The notes below the pieces were generated by a model. It searched no databases. It was not told where the DNA came from and was given only the letters and a program-made list of their open reading frames with translations. A stretch of 64,000 nt of DNA from an uncultured Clostridia bacterium (lineage in GTDB: Bacteria; Bacillota; Clostridia; Peptostreptococcales; Anaerovoracaceae), in assembly GCA_944386095.1 (NCBI GenBank), contig CALWZU010000026.1, positions 1,184-65,183 of the forward strand. Reading direction: 5' to 3'. Made by a program: the position numbers and the translations under genes. Shown here in pieces: positions 17,646-27,657 of the stretch (positions within the stretch are counted from its first letter, which is position 1; each line of letters opens with the position of its first letter).

Positions 17646-18449
17646 TTATTCCCCGTTTCTGACTAAGATTACGGTGATATTATCTCCGCCGCCGTTGCGA
17701 TTGGCTTCTTCTACCAGAGCTTCACACGCCTTTTGGGCATCCTCCTGGCTTTTTTCCCTGAGGATCCCGGCGATCCGCTCATCCTCCAGTTCTCCGTAAA
17801 GACCGTCGGAGCACAGCAGAAAGCAGTCGTTTTCCTTCATTTCTACCATGTAAAAATCCGCTTCCACCTGCTGGCTGTCTCCCAGAGCCCTTGTGATGGT
17901 ATGTGCCCACCGCGCCATGACGGACTGATTGGGATCCTGCTTTACGTCTTCTTTTTTCATTTTCCCTTCTTTGATGTACTGATTGACCAGCGTATGATCC
18001 TCCGTGATCTGAAGGAGACGGCCCTCTCTGAGCAAATACGCCCTGCTGTCGCCGATATTGGCGAAATATGCCGTTTGCTGGCGCACATACATCACAACCA
18101 CAGTTGTGGCCATTTTGAAGCAGCTTTTATCGCTGTTGGATTTTTCATAGATGGACTGATTGACAAGATCCAGGCTGTCGGCAATACAGCCGAAAATGCG
18201 CCTTGGCTCGTTTTCGCACTCCGCCATGTTTTCATCCAAATAAGCGGCAATATCCGACACGGCCATTCCGCTGGCAATTTCACCGGCATTATGGCCGCCT
18301 ACGCCGTCAGCGACAATGAATAAATCCTGATCTTTCGATATGTAGAATGCGTCTTCGTTATGGTCTCTTCTTTTTCCGGTATCTGTTATACTGCCTATTT
18401 CCATGCTGCTTGGCTCCATAGATTTTATATACTGTGTCAACTGTGTCAT
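17646..18449 (-). CDS. stp: PP2C-family Ser/Thr phosphatase (Stp/PrpC)
   Basis: DTGKRRDHNEDAF, VADGVGGH, LLCSDGL, GGGDNITVILV. The true start may be ATG 18404, which is preceded by GGAG; ATG 18449 has no SD. Confidence 0.9.
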   Translation of the reverse strand: MTQLTQYIKSMEPSSMEIGSITDTGKRRDHNEDAFYISKDQDLFIVADGVGGHNAGEIASGMAVSDIAAYLDENMAECENEPRRIFGCIADSLDLVNQSIYEKSNSDKSCFKMATTVVVMYVRQQTAYFANIGDSRAYLLREGRLLQITEDHTLVNQYIKEGKMKKEDVKQDPNQSVMARWAHTITRALGDSQQVEADFYMVEMKENDCFLLCSDGLYGELEDERIAGILREKSQEDAQKACEALVEEANRNGGGDNITVILVRNGE

Positions 18450-18478
18450 TTTATTATATCGAAAATATCTGTATAAAT

Positions 18479-19771
18479 CTATGCGTTTTTCTTAAATTTA
18501 CATAAGAAAAAACCGTCCGTTCCCTCTTTGCAGGGCGTCAGGAGCCTGCGGACCACAGGCTCAAAATCAGGATGCTCCTTTTCAAAAGCCTCGCAGATCT
18601 CTTCATTTTCAAGGGGTGAAACCGTGCAGGTGCTGTAAAGCAGTGCGCCGCCGGGCTTTACATAATCAGCGGCCTGTTCCAGTATCTGCCTTTGCACCCG
18701 GGCAAGAGCGAGAATGTCTTCATAATTTTTTTCATATTTGATTTCGGGCTTGCGGCGAATCACGCCAAGCCCGCTGCAGGGAACATCACAGAGTACTTTG
18801 TCCGCCTTTTCGTAAAGGGAAGGATTCAAAACCGTGGCATCCGCCGTTCCGGCCGCAATGCAGCTGATTCCGTGAGCCCGGGCCCTCTGCCGCAAAAGGT
18901 CAAGCTTGTGGGCATAAAGGTCAAAGGCCAGTATTTGTCCCTGATTTTTCATCCTTTCTCCAATATAAACCGTTTTCCCTCCGGGGGCGGCGCAAAGATC
19001 CAGCACCGTTTCACCGGGCCGGGGATCAAGACATTCCACCGCCAGCATGGAGCTTTCATCCTGTATCTGAAACAGGCCCCGCCGGTAGGCCCTTGTTGAA
19101 AGAATAGAGCTTTCCCCCGCTTCCTTTCCTTCCACATACAAAGCCTGCAGCGAATTTTGACCGGGCGCGGTCCTAAAGCCCTCTTTCCGCAGCAAAGCAG
19201 CCAGCGCTTCAGGCTCTGTCTTCAGAAGATTGACCCGTATGGTCAGGGGCGGGACCTGATTTCCTGCTCTGGCAAGATCCATCGCCGCCTGGTTTCCATA
19301 TGCCTTGGCCCAGTAACCTACCATCCATTTGGGATAGGATTCCGTAATAGACAGCCAGTCAAGAAAGCGTTTTTCCTTAGAGGGCAGCTTGATATCAGCG
19401 CCTCCCCTCAGAAGGTTTCGCAGGACGGCGTTTACAAAGCCTTCTCTGCCTTTGGCCTTTTTCCGGCACAGCTTTACCGATTCATTTACAGCGGCATAGC
19501 CGGGGACCCCATCCATAAAAAGGATCTGATAAGCCCCCATGCGCAGCAGATTGCCAAGAGACGGGCCAAGCTCCTCCACGGGTTTTTTGGTATAATGATC
19601 CAGCACATAATCCAGATAAAGGCGTTTTTCCAGTACGCCGTATACAAGCCTCCTGACAAAGGCCTGGTCCTTTTGACCCTCCTCCAGTTCTTTTTTCAGA
19701 GCAAGGTGAGAATACGCTTTTTTCTGCTGGATCTGATTGAGAATTTCAAAAGCGATGCCCCGTTCATCCAT
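18479..19771 (-). CDS. rsmB: 16S rRNA (cytosine967-C5)-methyltransferase
   Basis: NusB-like N-terminus, DLCAAPGGKT, DVPCSGLGVIRRKPE. Confidence 0.9.
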   Translation of the reverse strand: MDERGIAFEILNQIQQKKAYSHLALKKELEEGQKDQAFVRRLVYGVLEKRLYLDYVLDHYTKKPVEELGPSLGNLLRMGAYQILFMDGVPGYAAVNESVKLCRKKAKGREGFVNAVLRNLLRGGADIKLPSKEKRFLDWLSITESYPKWMVGYWAKAYGNQAAMDLARAGNQVPPLTIRVNLLKTEPEALAALLRKEGFRTAPGQNSLQALYVEGKEAGESSILSTRAYRRGLFQIQDESSMLAVECLDPRPGETVLDLCAAPGGKTVYIGERMKNQGQILAFDLYAHKLDLLRQRARAHGISCIAAGTADATVLNPSLYEKADKVLCDVPCSGLGVIRRKPEIKYEKNYEDILALARVQRQILEQAADYVKPGGALLYSTCTVSPLENEEICEAFEKEHPDFEPVVRRLLTPCKEGTDGFFLCKFKKNA

Positions 19772-19801
19772 GGATCCGTTCCTCTCTTTTCTTCGCGCGG
19801 A

Positions 19802-20503
19802 TCATTCTCTGGAGCGGGCCAGCATTACAAGGCGCAAAAGCTCCATAAGAGATACCAGCATAGAGGCCACATAGGTCAGAGCCGCCGCCGATAAAACCTT
19901 TTGCGCCGCTCCTTTTTCTTCCGAGCCGATGATCCCCGTCATTTCCATCTGAGCGATGGCCCTGCTGCTGGCGTTAAATTCCACCGGCAGTGTCACGCAC
20001 TGAAAAAATACCGCGCAGGCAAAAAACAGGATGCCGATGATCTCAAGGCCCTGTATGCCCACAAACAGTCCGATCAAAAACAGGGGAATCGCCAACCCTG
20101 AAGCGAAATTGGTCACAGGCACCAAAAGAGACCTTAAAGCCAAAGGGCCGTAGGCCTCCTTGTGCTGGATGGCATGGCCGCATTCATGACAGGCGACGCT
20201 GACAGAGGAAACAGAGGTGCCGCTGAAAACCTCAGGAGACAAATTGACCGTCTGATTGCGGGGATCATAATGGTCCGAAAGCTTTCCCGGCACCTGGCGG
20301 ATTTTGACATGGTAAAGTCCGTTGGCATCCAGTATTCTTCTGGCGGCCGCTTCTCCCGTCATGGGATTGCGCAGGGGCGTTTGCAGATAGCGGTTAAAGG
20401 TAGAAGATACCTTGATCTGGGCATACATAGCCAGAAGCATCGCCGGTATGACCAAAAGGATCGAAGTGTACCAGCCCATAGGGCCTGAAAAAAAATTCAT
20501 CAT
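19802..20503 (-). CDS. membrane zinc metallopeptidase (Zn_peptidase_2 type)
   Basis: HECGHAIQH motif, with N- and C-terminal hydrophobic segments. Confidence 0.8.
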   Translation of the reverse strand: MMNFFSGPMGWYTSILLVIPAMLLAMYAQIKVSSTFNRYLQTPLRNPMTGEAAARRILDANGLYHVKIRQVPGKLSDHYDPRNQTVNLSPEVFSGTSVSSVSVACHECGHAIQHKEAYGPLALRSLLVPVTNFASGLAIPLFLIGLFVGIQGLEIIGILFFACAVFFQCVTLPVEFNASSRAIAQMEMTGIIGSEEKGAAQKVLSAAALTYVASMLVSLMELLRLVMLARSRE

Positions 20504-21447
20504 GCTTGTGATTCCTCCGTTTTTAAAACTTCGCCTGTCTGCAGATCGTTTCCTCTGCTGTAGGCATAAGGCGACATCGCCTTTTTTCCCGGAAATTGCA
20601 GGCTCTGTACGTTGAGTACATACCGGCCGCAGGCCACCTGCATTCCTTCTTCGTCGATTTTCAGGATCGTGCCCGGCTCCCGGGCGGCGCTTTGATACAC
20701 CACCGAGGCCTGTTTGACCTTCATCATGACGCCTTTATAAAAAGCATACGCGCCGGGCCAGGGACGCAGGGCTCTGACCTGGCGTTCCAGGGCTTCGGCG
20801 TTTTGGGAAAAATCCATCCTGCCCGTTTCTTTTGTAATCATCTGGGCATAGGTTGCAAGAGACTCATCCTGAGGCACTCTTACCACGGTGCCGTCCTGGA
20901 TCTGGGGAAGGGTCTTAAGCAGAAGCCCGGCGCCTAATTCCGAAAGGGCGTCATGGAGCTGCTGAGCGTCCATGGAACCGATCACCAGTTCTTCTTCCGC
21001 CAGCATATCGCCTGTATCCAGGCCCTTTTCCATCTGCATGATCGTAACCCCCGTGGTTTTGTCTCCTTCCAGGATCGCTCTTTGAATCGGCGCAGCGCCC
21101 CGCAGACGGGGCAGAAGAGAGGCGTGGATATTGATGCATCCAAACCTTGGAAGCCGAAGGATCTCTTCGGGTAAAATTTTTCCATATGCCGCCACCACGA
21201 TCAGATCCGGCTCAAGCCGGGAAAGGGTCTGTAAAAATTCCGGCGCGTTCCTTAGGGTTTCCGGCTGGGCTACCGGAATCCCCAGAGCCAGGGCCGCCTG
21301 CTTGACAGGGGTGGGCTCGGTCTTTTTTCCTCTGTTTTTGGGCTTATCCGGCTGGGTCACCGCAAGAAGCATTTCATAGCCCGCTTCTTTCAAAGCTTCT
21401 AATGGCTTAACGGCAAAATCCGGCGTTCCCATGTAAATGATCTTCAT
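20500..21447 (-). CDS. fmt: methionyl-tRNA formyltransferase
   Basis: [33 protein letters not shown]. Confidence 0.95.
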   Translation of the reverse strand: MKIIYMGTPDFAVKPLEALKEAGYEMLLAVTQPDKPKNRGKKTEPTPVKQAALALGIPVAQPETLRNAPEFLQTLSRLEPDLIVVAAYGKILPEEILRLPRFGCINIHASLLPRLRGAAPIQRAILEGDKTTGVTIMQMEKGLDTGDMLAEEELVIGSMDAQQLHDALSELGAGLLLKTLPQIQDGTVVRVPQDESLATYAQMITKETGRMDFSQNAEALERQVRALRPWPGAYAFYKGVMMKVKQASVVYQSAAREPGTILKIDEEGMQVACGRYVLNVQSLQFPGKKAMSPYAYSRGNDLQTGEVLKTEESQA

Positions 21448-21914
21448 TTTTCTTCATCCTCTTGTGTGGAAACGATCTGATGGGGATAATCGATATAAAG
21501 GGTCCCGCTGAGATGGTCGATCTCATGGCAGAAGGCTCTTGCCAGAAAACCCTCCGCCGTATAGGTCACTTCCTTGCCACTTCGATCCAAAGCCTTTACC
21601 ACTACCTTCTGCGGCCGCTCCACGATCGCCACCACGCCGGGTATGCTAAGGCATCCCTCTTCTCCCGACTGAGTGCCCTCCGTTTCCACGATCTGCGGAT
21701 TGATCAGCTCTATCAAGCCCTCTCCGATATCCACGATCACCGCCTGGCGAAGCACCCCCACCTGAGGCGCCGCCAGCCCCACGCCATTGTTTTCATACAT
21801 GGTCTGGGCCATGTCGTCAAGAAGGGTCAGGATCCGATCGTCGATGTTTTCAATGGGCCGGGATTTTTTTCTCAGCCTTTCCTCTCCTTCTACCAGTATA
21901 TTTCTCAGTGCCAT
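21444..21914 (-). CDS. def: peptide deformylase
   Basis: [26 protein letters not shown]. Confidence 0.95.
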   Translation of the reverse strand: MALRNILVEGEERLRKKSRPIENIDDRILTLLDDMAQTMYENNGVGLAAPQVGVLRQAVIVDIGEGLIELINPQIVETEGTQSGEEGCLSIPGVVAIVERPQKVVVKALDRSGKEVTYTAEGFLARAFCHEIDHLSGTLYIDYPHQIVSTQEDEEK

Positions 21915-21962
21915 AGTCTATACAACCTCCTGTTTTCCAAATTAGCCCCCCGCTCCGGCTTT

Positions 21963-24173
21963 TTACGCCATGGAATAGGGATTCACATCCACCGAAACGT
22001 AGCAGTCCCGAAAATCGTTTCCCGCCATTTCTATTTTTATTTTCTGGATCAATCCAAAGCAATCCTGTTTTTCTTCTTCTTTACATTTTATCAGCGCCTG
22101 GTAGCGATATCTACCCCTGTTTTTGATGACATGGCAGGGGCCCGGTCCCAGCAGCCCCCCCTCCAGCTCCGGAGAAAGCACCCGATATCGCTGGCAAAAG
22201 TTCTCAGCGGCCCGGCGGGTCTTTTCTTCCGATTCGCCGGTAAACAAAAGCTGTATCAGCTGTGTAAAGGGGGGATAGTCCATCACCTGTCTGAGCTGGA
22301 TCTCTTCCCGGTAAAAACCTTCGTAGTCCTGGCGGCAGGCAGCCCCAAGGGCATAATGCTCAGGCTGATAGTTCTGAAGCACCACCCTGCCCTGACGGTC
22401 TCCCCTGCCGGCTCTTCCCGCCGCCTGGGTAATCAGCTGAAAAGCCCGTTCACTGCTGCGGTAATCGGGGATGTTTAGGGTAATATCCGCCGCGATGACC
22501 CCCACAAGCCCCACGTGTTTGAAATCCAGACCCTTTGCCACAAGCTGGGTGCCAACCAGAATTTGCGTTTTCCCCTTCCGGAAGGCTTCCAAAACCCTTT
22601 CCGCCCCGCCTCTTGTCCTTGTGGTATCAAGATCCAGCCGGTCTACCGCTCCCTGGGGAAAAAGCTGTTTGCACAGCTCCTCTACCTTTTCCGTACCGAT
22701 CCCAAAATCCTTGATATAGGGGCTGCCGCACTGGGGACAAACCCGGGGCGCCGGCTGGCGGTATTCGCAGAAATGGCATACCACCCTTGCGTCTTTTTTA
22801 TGATAGGTCATGGAAACGCCGCAATGGGGACATTTCATCACATAACCGCAGCTTCTGCAGGATACAAAGGAAGAATAGCCCCGGCGGTTTAAAAACAGAA
22901 TGATCTGCTCCCCCCGCTCCAAACAGGCTTTGGTTTCCCGGTAAAGCGCTCTGCTGAAAACGCTGCGGTTTCCCGCCGCCAGTTCCTTTCTCATATCGCA
23001 GACCTGAATTTGAGGCAAAGGCACCTGGTTATACCGCTTTGACATTTTCAAAAGCTTCAGGCTTCCTTTTTCCGCCTGGTAATAGCTTTCCACCGAGGGC
23101 GTCGCCGAGCCCAGGATCAGCACCGCCCCGTTCAGCCGGGCCCTTTCCCGGGCCACCACGCGGGTGTCATACTTAGGCGAATAATCGGATTTATAGGAAG
23201 ATTCATGCTCTTCATCCACAATAATAGCGCCGATCCTCTCCAGGGGAGCGAAAAGGGCGGATCTGGCCCCGATAACGATAGAAGCCTCTCCCTCCTTGAT
23301 CCTGCACCATTCGTCGAAGCGTTCTCCCCGAGAAAGACGGCTGTGAAGCACCGCCACCTCTTCGTTTCCAAATCTTCCTCTGATCCTGCGGATGGTTTGG
23401 CCGGTCAGGGAAATTTCCGGCACCAGGATCATTGCGGTTTTTCCTTTTTTAAGGCAGGTCTCCACGGTTCTTATGTAAATTTCCGTCTTGCCGCTTCCCG
23501 TAACCCCATATAGCAGGAATCCGTCGAAGCTTTCTTTTTCCATGCTTTCCTCAATGGCCTCAAGACAGGCGCTCTGCTGAAAGGTAAGCTTTTTGACATC
23601 GCTTTCTTCATTTTCCATATGTCTTGCCGGGTCCCTGCGGATCCTCTTTTGGGAAATCCTTACCAGCCCTTTTTCAGCCAGAGCCTTCATAACGCTGTAG
23701 TCAAAGCCATATTCCTCCTTCAGCGCCGTCCTGGGAAGCGGACCCTTTTCCAAAAGCAGGCGTAAAAGGGCCTCCTGTTTTTTCCCTTTCCGCCCCGTCT
23801 CCAAAAAAGCCCGGGCCTTAAGCGGTTCCTCTACATCCAGCCATTGCCGGAGAGCCCGCTTTCCTTCCGGCAGAAAGCAGGCGATGGCGTCATAATACCG
23901 GCACAGAAATTCCCTTCGCATGAACCGGCATAAGGCTACATTTTCCTCTGTAAGCCTGTGGCCCGTCACCCGGCGGATCTCCTTTACCTTTTTCACCTCG
24001 CAATCCGGATTTTTTTCGATCCCAAAGACCCAGCCCCGGATCAGATGATTCCCTCCTCCAAAGGGGATCTGAACCTCGTCTCCTATTTGAGCGGCCCCTT
24101 TCGGGCAGCGGTAGGTAAACAGCCGGTCTGTTGCCGTTACCGGGTTATCGATGGCAATTTGCAGATACTCCAT
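21963..24173 (-). CDS. priA: primosomal protein N' (replication restart helicase)
   Basis: GVTGSGKTE, VDEEHE, and Cys-rich zinc region CRSCGYVMKCPHCGVSMTYH...CHFCEY...CPQCGS. Confidence 0.95.
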   Translation of the reverse strand: MEYLQIAIDNPVTATDRLFTYRCPKGAAQIGDEVQIPFGGGNHLIRGWVFGIEKNPDCEVKKVKEIRRVTGHRLTEENVALCRFMRREFLCRYYDAIACFLPEGKRALRQWLDVEEPLKARAFLETGRKGKKQEALLRLLLEKGPLPRTALKEEYGFDYSVMKALAEKGLVRISQKRIRRDPARHMENEESDVKKLTFQQSACLEAIEESMEKESFDGFLLYGVTGSGKTEIYIRTVETCLKKGKTAMILVPEISLTGQTIRRIRGRFGNEEVAVLHSRLSRGERFDEWCRIKEGEASIVIGARSALFAPLERIGAIIVDEEHESSYKSDYSPKYDTRVVARERARLNGAVLILGSATPSVESYYQAEKGSLKLLKMSKRYNQVPLPQIQVCDMRKELAAGNRSVFSRALYRETKACLERGEQIILFLNRRGYSSFVSCRSCGYVMKCPHCGVSMTYHKKDARVVCHFCEYRQPAPRVCPQCGSPYIKDFGIGTEKVEELCKQLFPQGAVDRLDLDTTRTRGGAERVLEAFRKGKTQILVGTQLVAKGLDFKHVGLVGVIAADITLNIPDYRSSERAFQLITQAAGRAGRGDRQGRVVLQNYQPEHYALGAACRQDYEGFYREEIQLRQVMDYPPFTQLIQLLFTGESEEKTRRAAENFCQRYRVLSPELEGGLLGPGPCHVIKNRGRYRYQALIKCKEEEKQDCFGLIQKIKIEMAGNDFRDCYVSVDVNPYSMA

Positions 24174-24229
24174 AAAGCCTCCTCCAGACAGGAAAAGAGC
24201 AGGCCCCCCTGCTCTTTTTTCACTTACCT

Positions 24230-24496
24230 TTATTCTTCATCCTCCCCGTCCTGGTCCTGGGCCAGATGGGTTGCCATTTCCTGCTCCTGGATCTCTTTTT
24301 CATTCATTTCCCGGTAAGTGAAGAGGTCCTTTGCGATCTCTTCCGCGGCGATAGAGACCGGTTTGTTGGTATCAATGGCGGGATCCAGCTTGCCGCTGCC
24401 GTCTATTATATCTCTTGCCCGCTTGGCCGCCATCACAACCAGATAATACCGGCTGCCCGCCTTGTCTCTGAGGGTATTGATTTCAGGATACAGCAT
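24230..24496 (-). CDS. rpoZ: DNA-directed RNA polymerase subunit omega
   Basis: SRYYLVVMAAKRARDI. Conserved gmk-rpoZ pairing. Acidic C-terminus. Confidence 0.9.
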   Translation of the reverse strand: MLYPEINTLRDKAGSRYYLVVMAAKRARDIIDGSGKLDPAIDTNKPVSIAAEEIAKDLFTYREMNEKEIQEQEMATHLAQDQDGEDEE

Positions 24497-24497
24497 A

Positions 24498-25100
24498 CTA
24501 AGCCTCCTTAAATGTTCGAATGATTTCCTCCGCTCGGTTTCCGACCTTATTGTGCTGAGCGGAAATAATGCTGATCATCGCTTCCACCGCCTGTTCCACC
24601 TGGTCGTTAACGATGAAATAATCATAGGTCTCAAGACATTCCACCTCGTCCATGGCCTGCTTCAGACGGAGCGCCACGCTTTCGGGGCTTTCCGTTCCCC
24701 GGTTCAAAATGCGCCGTTTCAGCTCTTCAAGGGAGGGAGGTAAAATAAAAATCTGAACGCACTGGGGAAATTTCCGGCGAATTTTAGCCGCTCCCTGCAC
24801 GTCGATTTCCAGGATCAAATCCCGGCCGCTTTTCAGCTTTTCCCGCACAAAAGCCTCCGGCGTCCCGTAATGCTTCCCGAAATTTTCCACATACTCCACA
24901 AACCCGTCCTTTCGGACGATTTCCAGAAATTCTTCCTCGGTCATGAAAAAATAATCTTTTCCATGGACCTCTCCCTTTCTGGGGCTTCTGGTGGTAGCGG
25001 AAACGGACAGTTCCACCTCCGTGCGCCTTACAACCTCGCCGCAGATGGTTCCCTTTCCGGCGCCGGAGGGGCCGGAAACCACAAACAACAACCCTTCCAA
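24498..25100 (-). CDS. gmk: guanylate kinase
   Basis: VVSGPSGAGKGTI, TTRSPRKGEVHGKDYFF. Confidence 0.95.
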   Translation of the reverse strand: MEGLLFVVSGPSGAGKGTICGEVVRRTEVELSVSATTRSPRKGEVHGKDYFFMTEEEFLEIVRKDGFVEYVENFGKHYGTPEAFVREKLKSGRDLILEIDVQGAAKIRRKFPQCVQIFILPPSLEELKRRILNRGTESPESVALRLKQAMDEVECLETYDYFIVNDQVEQAVEAMISIISAQHNKVGNRAEEIIRTFKEA

Positions 25101-25116
25101 AGCCGTTACCTCCGCC

Positions 25117-25377
25117 TTATTCGAATTTTTCCGACGGTTTATCGGTCAGCCGGTTCGCGACGGTTTCCGGCTGCATACCGGAAAGGATAATATGGTCGCT
25201 GTCCGTCACGATGACAGATCTTGTCTTTCTGCCATAGGTAGCGTCAACCAGCTTGTTTTCTTCTCTTGCCTCTTGTATCATTCTTTTGATAGGCGCGGAT
25301 TCAGGGCTTACGATGGAGATGACCCGATTCGCGCAGACGATGCTTCCATAACCGATGTTTACCAATTTTACCGCCAT
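25117..25377 (-). CDS. remA: RemA/DUF370 family regulator
   Basis: [28 protein letters not shown]...[23 protein letters not shown]. Confidence 0.9.
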   Translation of the reverse strand: MAVKLVNIGYGSIVCANRVISIVSPESAPIKRMIQEAREENKLVDATYGRKTRSVIVTDSDHIILSGMQPETVANRLTDKPSEKFE

Positions 25378-25581
25378 GCTCTCTCATTCCTCTCTTTTAG
25401 TTAGTCATTTCTTTTTACCAGCCGCTTTCTTTCCGGGCTTTTGATGCCCGGCCGGGCAAAAACTACTTCCGCCGCCTTTTCAGCCCCTATAAAAGCTTGT
25501 TTCTTCAGGGCGGAGGAATGTATTATTTATAAATCTGTAATAGAGTTATATTATCCTATTTAACTGATGATTTCAAGTGTT

Positions 25582-26466
25582 TTACTCAATATTTTGTACC
25601 TGTTCCCGAATTTTTTCAATTTCGCTTTTCATTTCCACCACTACATTGGTAATGGAAATGTCTGCGGATTTAGAGCCGGTGGTATTGGCCTCCCGATTCA
25701 TTTCCTGCACGATAAAGTCCAGCTTTTTCCCCTCCGGCTCCCGGGCGTTTTCTATAATTTGCCGCAGCTGGCTGATATGGCTGTCCAGCCTTACCAGTTC
25801 TTCGGTTACATTGGATTTGTCCGCAAAGATCGCCGCCTCGACCAGGATCCTTTCCTCGGGCAGTTCTCCGCTGTTTCCTGTCAGCTCCCGTATCCTGTCG
25901 GAAAGCTTTTGCTGATAGGCTTGCACGATCTGGGGAGAAAGCGCCTCCACCTGCTCTACATATCCCTTCAGAAGCTCCCCCCGCTTAAGAATGTCCGCCG
26001 CCAGCTTTTCCCCCTCGGTCCGGCGCATCCCGTCCAGTTCCTTTACCGCCTCCTCCACGGCAACGGAGAGCAATCGAAGGATTTCCTCCTCATCCTCCAC
26101 ATCGGGCATGGCCTTGACCACATCCGGCATGGAGGCCAAAAGGGAAAGGGTCAGCTCTCCCTGCAGGGAAAAGGCTTCTTTCAGCTGCGTAAGCCTCTCA
26201 TAATACTGCCGCGCCAGCTCCTGGTGCAAAAGGATTTTCATATCTCCATCGGTCAGATTTTCCACCGTCACGGAAACATCTACCTTTCCTCTTTTCACCG
26301 CTTCTTTGATAATGCCTTTGACCCGCTCCTCCGCAAAGGCATATCTGCGGGGCATTTTCACCGTTATATCACAATAGCGATGATTTACGCTTTTCATTTC
26401 CACCGTTACGCTTCGTTTGCCGTCGCTGTGTTCGCTTCTGCCAAAGCCCGTCATACTCTTGATCAT
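25582..26466 (-). CDS. yicC: YicC family stress-induced protein
   Basis: The start was taken at MIKSMTGFGRSE after RBS GGAGGAA. The track ORF extends further to 26592, which would overlap dapF. C-terminal DUF1732-like EMNREANTTGSK. Confidence 0.85.
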   Translation of the reverse strand: MIKSMTGFGRSEHSDGKRSVTVEMKSVNHRYCDITVKMPRRYAFAEERVKGIIKEAVKRGKVDVSVTVENLTDGDMKILLHQELARQYYERLTQLKEAFSLQGELTLSLLASMPDVVKAMPDVEDEEEILRLLSVAVEEAVKELDGMRRTEGEKLAADILKRGELLKGYVEQVEALSPQIVQAYQQKLSDRIRELTGNSGELPEERILVEAAIFADKSNVTEELVRLDSHISQLRQIIENAREPEGKKLDFIVQEMNREANTTGSKSADISITNVVVEMKSEIEKIREQVQNIE

Positions 26467-26582
26467 CTGCTTGTTCCTCCATTTAAAGGCGATTTCTTTA
26501 AAGGCGATACCCCCGGCAGGGGCATTTGCCCCCAGGCGGTTTCTTTTTTCTATTTCCCCCGTCTCGTTACGGCCATGCCAGG

Positions 26583-27425
26583 TTACGGCCATTCCAGCAT
26601 TACCTCTGCGGTCTTTTCCGCCGGCCCCTGCATGAAAACCCTTCCCTGGGGGTCGAAGGATATGACAAGCCGGCCCCCCGGCGTTTGGGCCTCCACGGTT
26701 TTATCCATGGAAAACAGGCGGCAGGCCATGACCACAGAAGAGCTGACACCTGTTCCGCAGGCAAGGGTTCTGCCCACGCCTCTTTCCCAGGTGCTGACCT
26801 GAATATGAGAGGGATCCTTGATCCTGACAAAATTAATATTCATATCCGCCAAAAACATCGGATGCTCCTCCAGGAGCTTTCCGTAAGCGCCCACATAATC
26901 CTCTTCATCCTCTACAAACACCACCCCGTGATTCACGCCCAGGTGAATACAGGATATCTCAAAGCTCCGCCCCTCCGGCAGGAGCAGGGGCTGGCGGATG
27001 AATTCCGGCAGCTTCGTATCGATATGCAAAACCCGGCTGTCATAGGTATAGGCGCCCATATGGATCTTCACCTGAGACTGCCGTTTTTCTTCCCGGATCA
27101 TTTCCACTTCCTTGACGCCGTCTTCCGTTTCGATGGTAAAGCTTTTTTCCCTGACGATCCCCTGATCTCTGAGGAATTTCGCAAGACAGCGGATACCGTT
27201 TCCGCACATGGAATCCTTTGTTCCGTCCGCGTTATAATACGCCATCCTCACACCGCAAAGGGATGAGGCCTCAGCAGCGATCAGCCCGTCAGCGCCTACG
27301 CCGAAATGCCTGTGACAGAGGCTTTTGGCAAAAGCGGCCTTGTCCTTTATCAGAGCTTTTCTGTTGTCAAAGATCAGAAAATCGTTTCCCGCCCCATGCA
27401 TTTTCCATAATGTGATCCGGCTCAT
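26583..27425 (-). CDS. dapF: diaminopimelate epimerase
   Basis: MHGAGNDFLIFD, with catalytic Cys contexts MCGNGIRC and ACGTGVSS. Confidence 0.95.
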   Translation of the reverse strand: MSRITLWKMHGAGNDFLIFDNRKALIKDKAAFAKSLCHRHFGVGADGLIAAEASSLCGVRMAYYNADGTKDSMCGNGIRCLAKFLRDQGIVREKSFTIETEDGVKEVEMIREEKRQSQVKIHMGAYTYDSRVLHIDTKLPEFIRQPLLLPEGRSFEISCIHLGVNHGVVFVEDEEDYVGAYGKLLEEHPMFLADMNINFVRIKDPSHIQVSTWERGVGRTLACGTGVSSSVVMACRLFSMDKTVEAQTPGGRLVISFDPQGRVFMQGPAEKTAEVMLEWP

Positions 27426-27487
27426 GGCTGCCTCCTTTGGTGGTTTTTCTTTTCATTTTCGTTTTTTCTCTTTTTTTCCCGGCTATT

Positions 27488-27516
27488 ATTATATATGCTG
27501 CCCTCCCCCGTGGCAA
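27488..27516 (-). promoter_or_regulatory. putative sigma-A promoter of dapF
   Basis: Minus strand has TTGCCA, a 17-nt spacer, then TATAAT. Confidence 0.5.
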
Positions 27517-27518
27517 GA

Positions 27519-27558
27519 AAAAGCCGGAAAAGTCTGAAAAACGCCCTTTCCGGCTTTT
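27519..27558 (-). terminator. strong terminator-like hairpin with no obvious upstream gene
   Basis: 12-bp perfect stem AAAAGCCGGAAA / TTTCCGGCTTTT with a 16-nt loop. On the minus strand it is followed by TTTTTCTTG. It sits between the divergent dapF and rqcH genes. Confidence 0.5.
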
Positions 27559-27657
27559 CAGCACCCCCGGCTTCTTTTCCTTTTTCCTATTTCATAGTAT
27601 AATAAAAGAATCTTGATCATCTAACCCTCAGACCCAGCTTTGAAAGGATCGATACAC

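Noticed and set aside
18450-18478. Missing genes relative to Bacillus-type synteny: no rlmN between rsmB and stp, no acpP/fab genes between plsX and rnc (47091-47094), and no DAK2/yloV gene between asp23 and recG.
   Set aside because: The junctions are tight (2-29 nt) and clean, with no scars, repeats or gene fragments. This is most simply a lineage-specific gene order with those genes located elsewhere.
25567-26802. Very long plus-strand ORF (411 aa). Similar long antisense ORFs occur at 3292..4155, 21462..22478, 45032..46036, 58437..59528, 15521..16450 and 38503..39330.
   Set aside because: Each lies exactly opposite a gene with unmistakable conserved motifs (yicC/dapF, ackA, def/priA, smc, folC, prkC, gpsA). 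Their translations are low-complexity, rich in Leu, Arg, Pro, Phe and His, with no motifs or RBS. They are shadow ORFs on the antisense strand of real genes.
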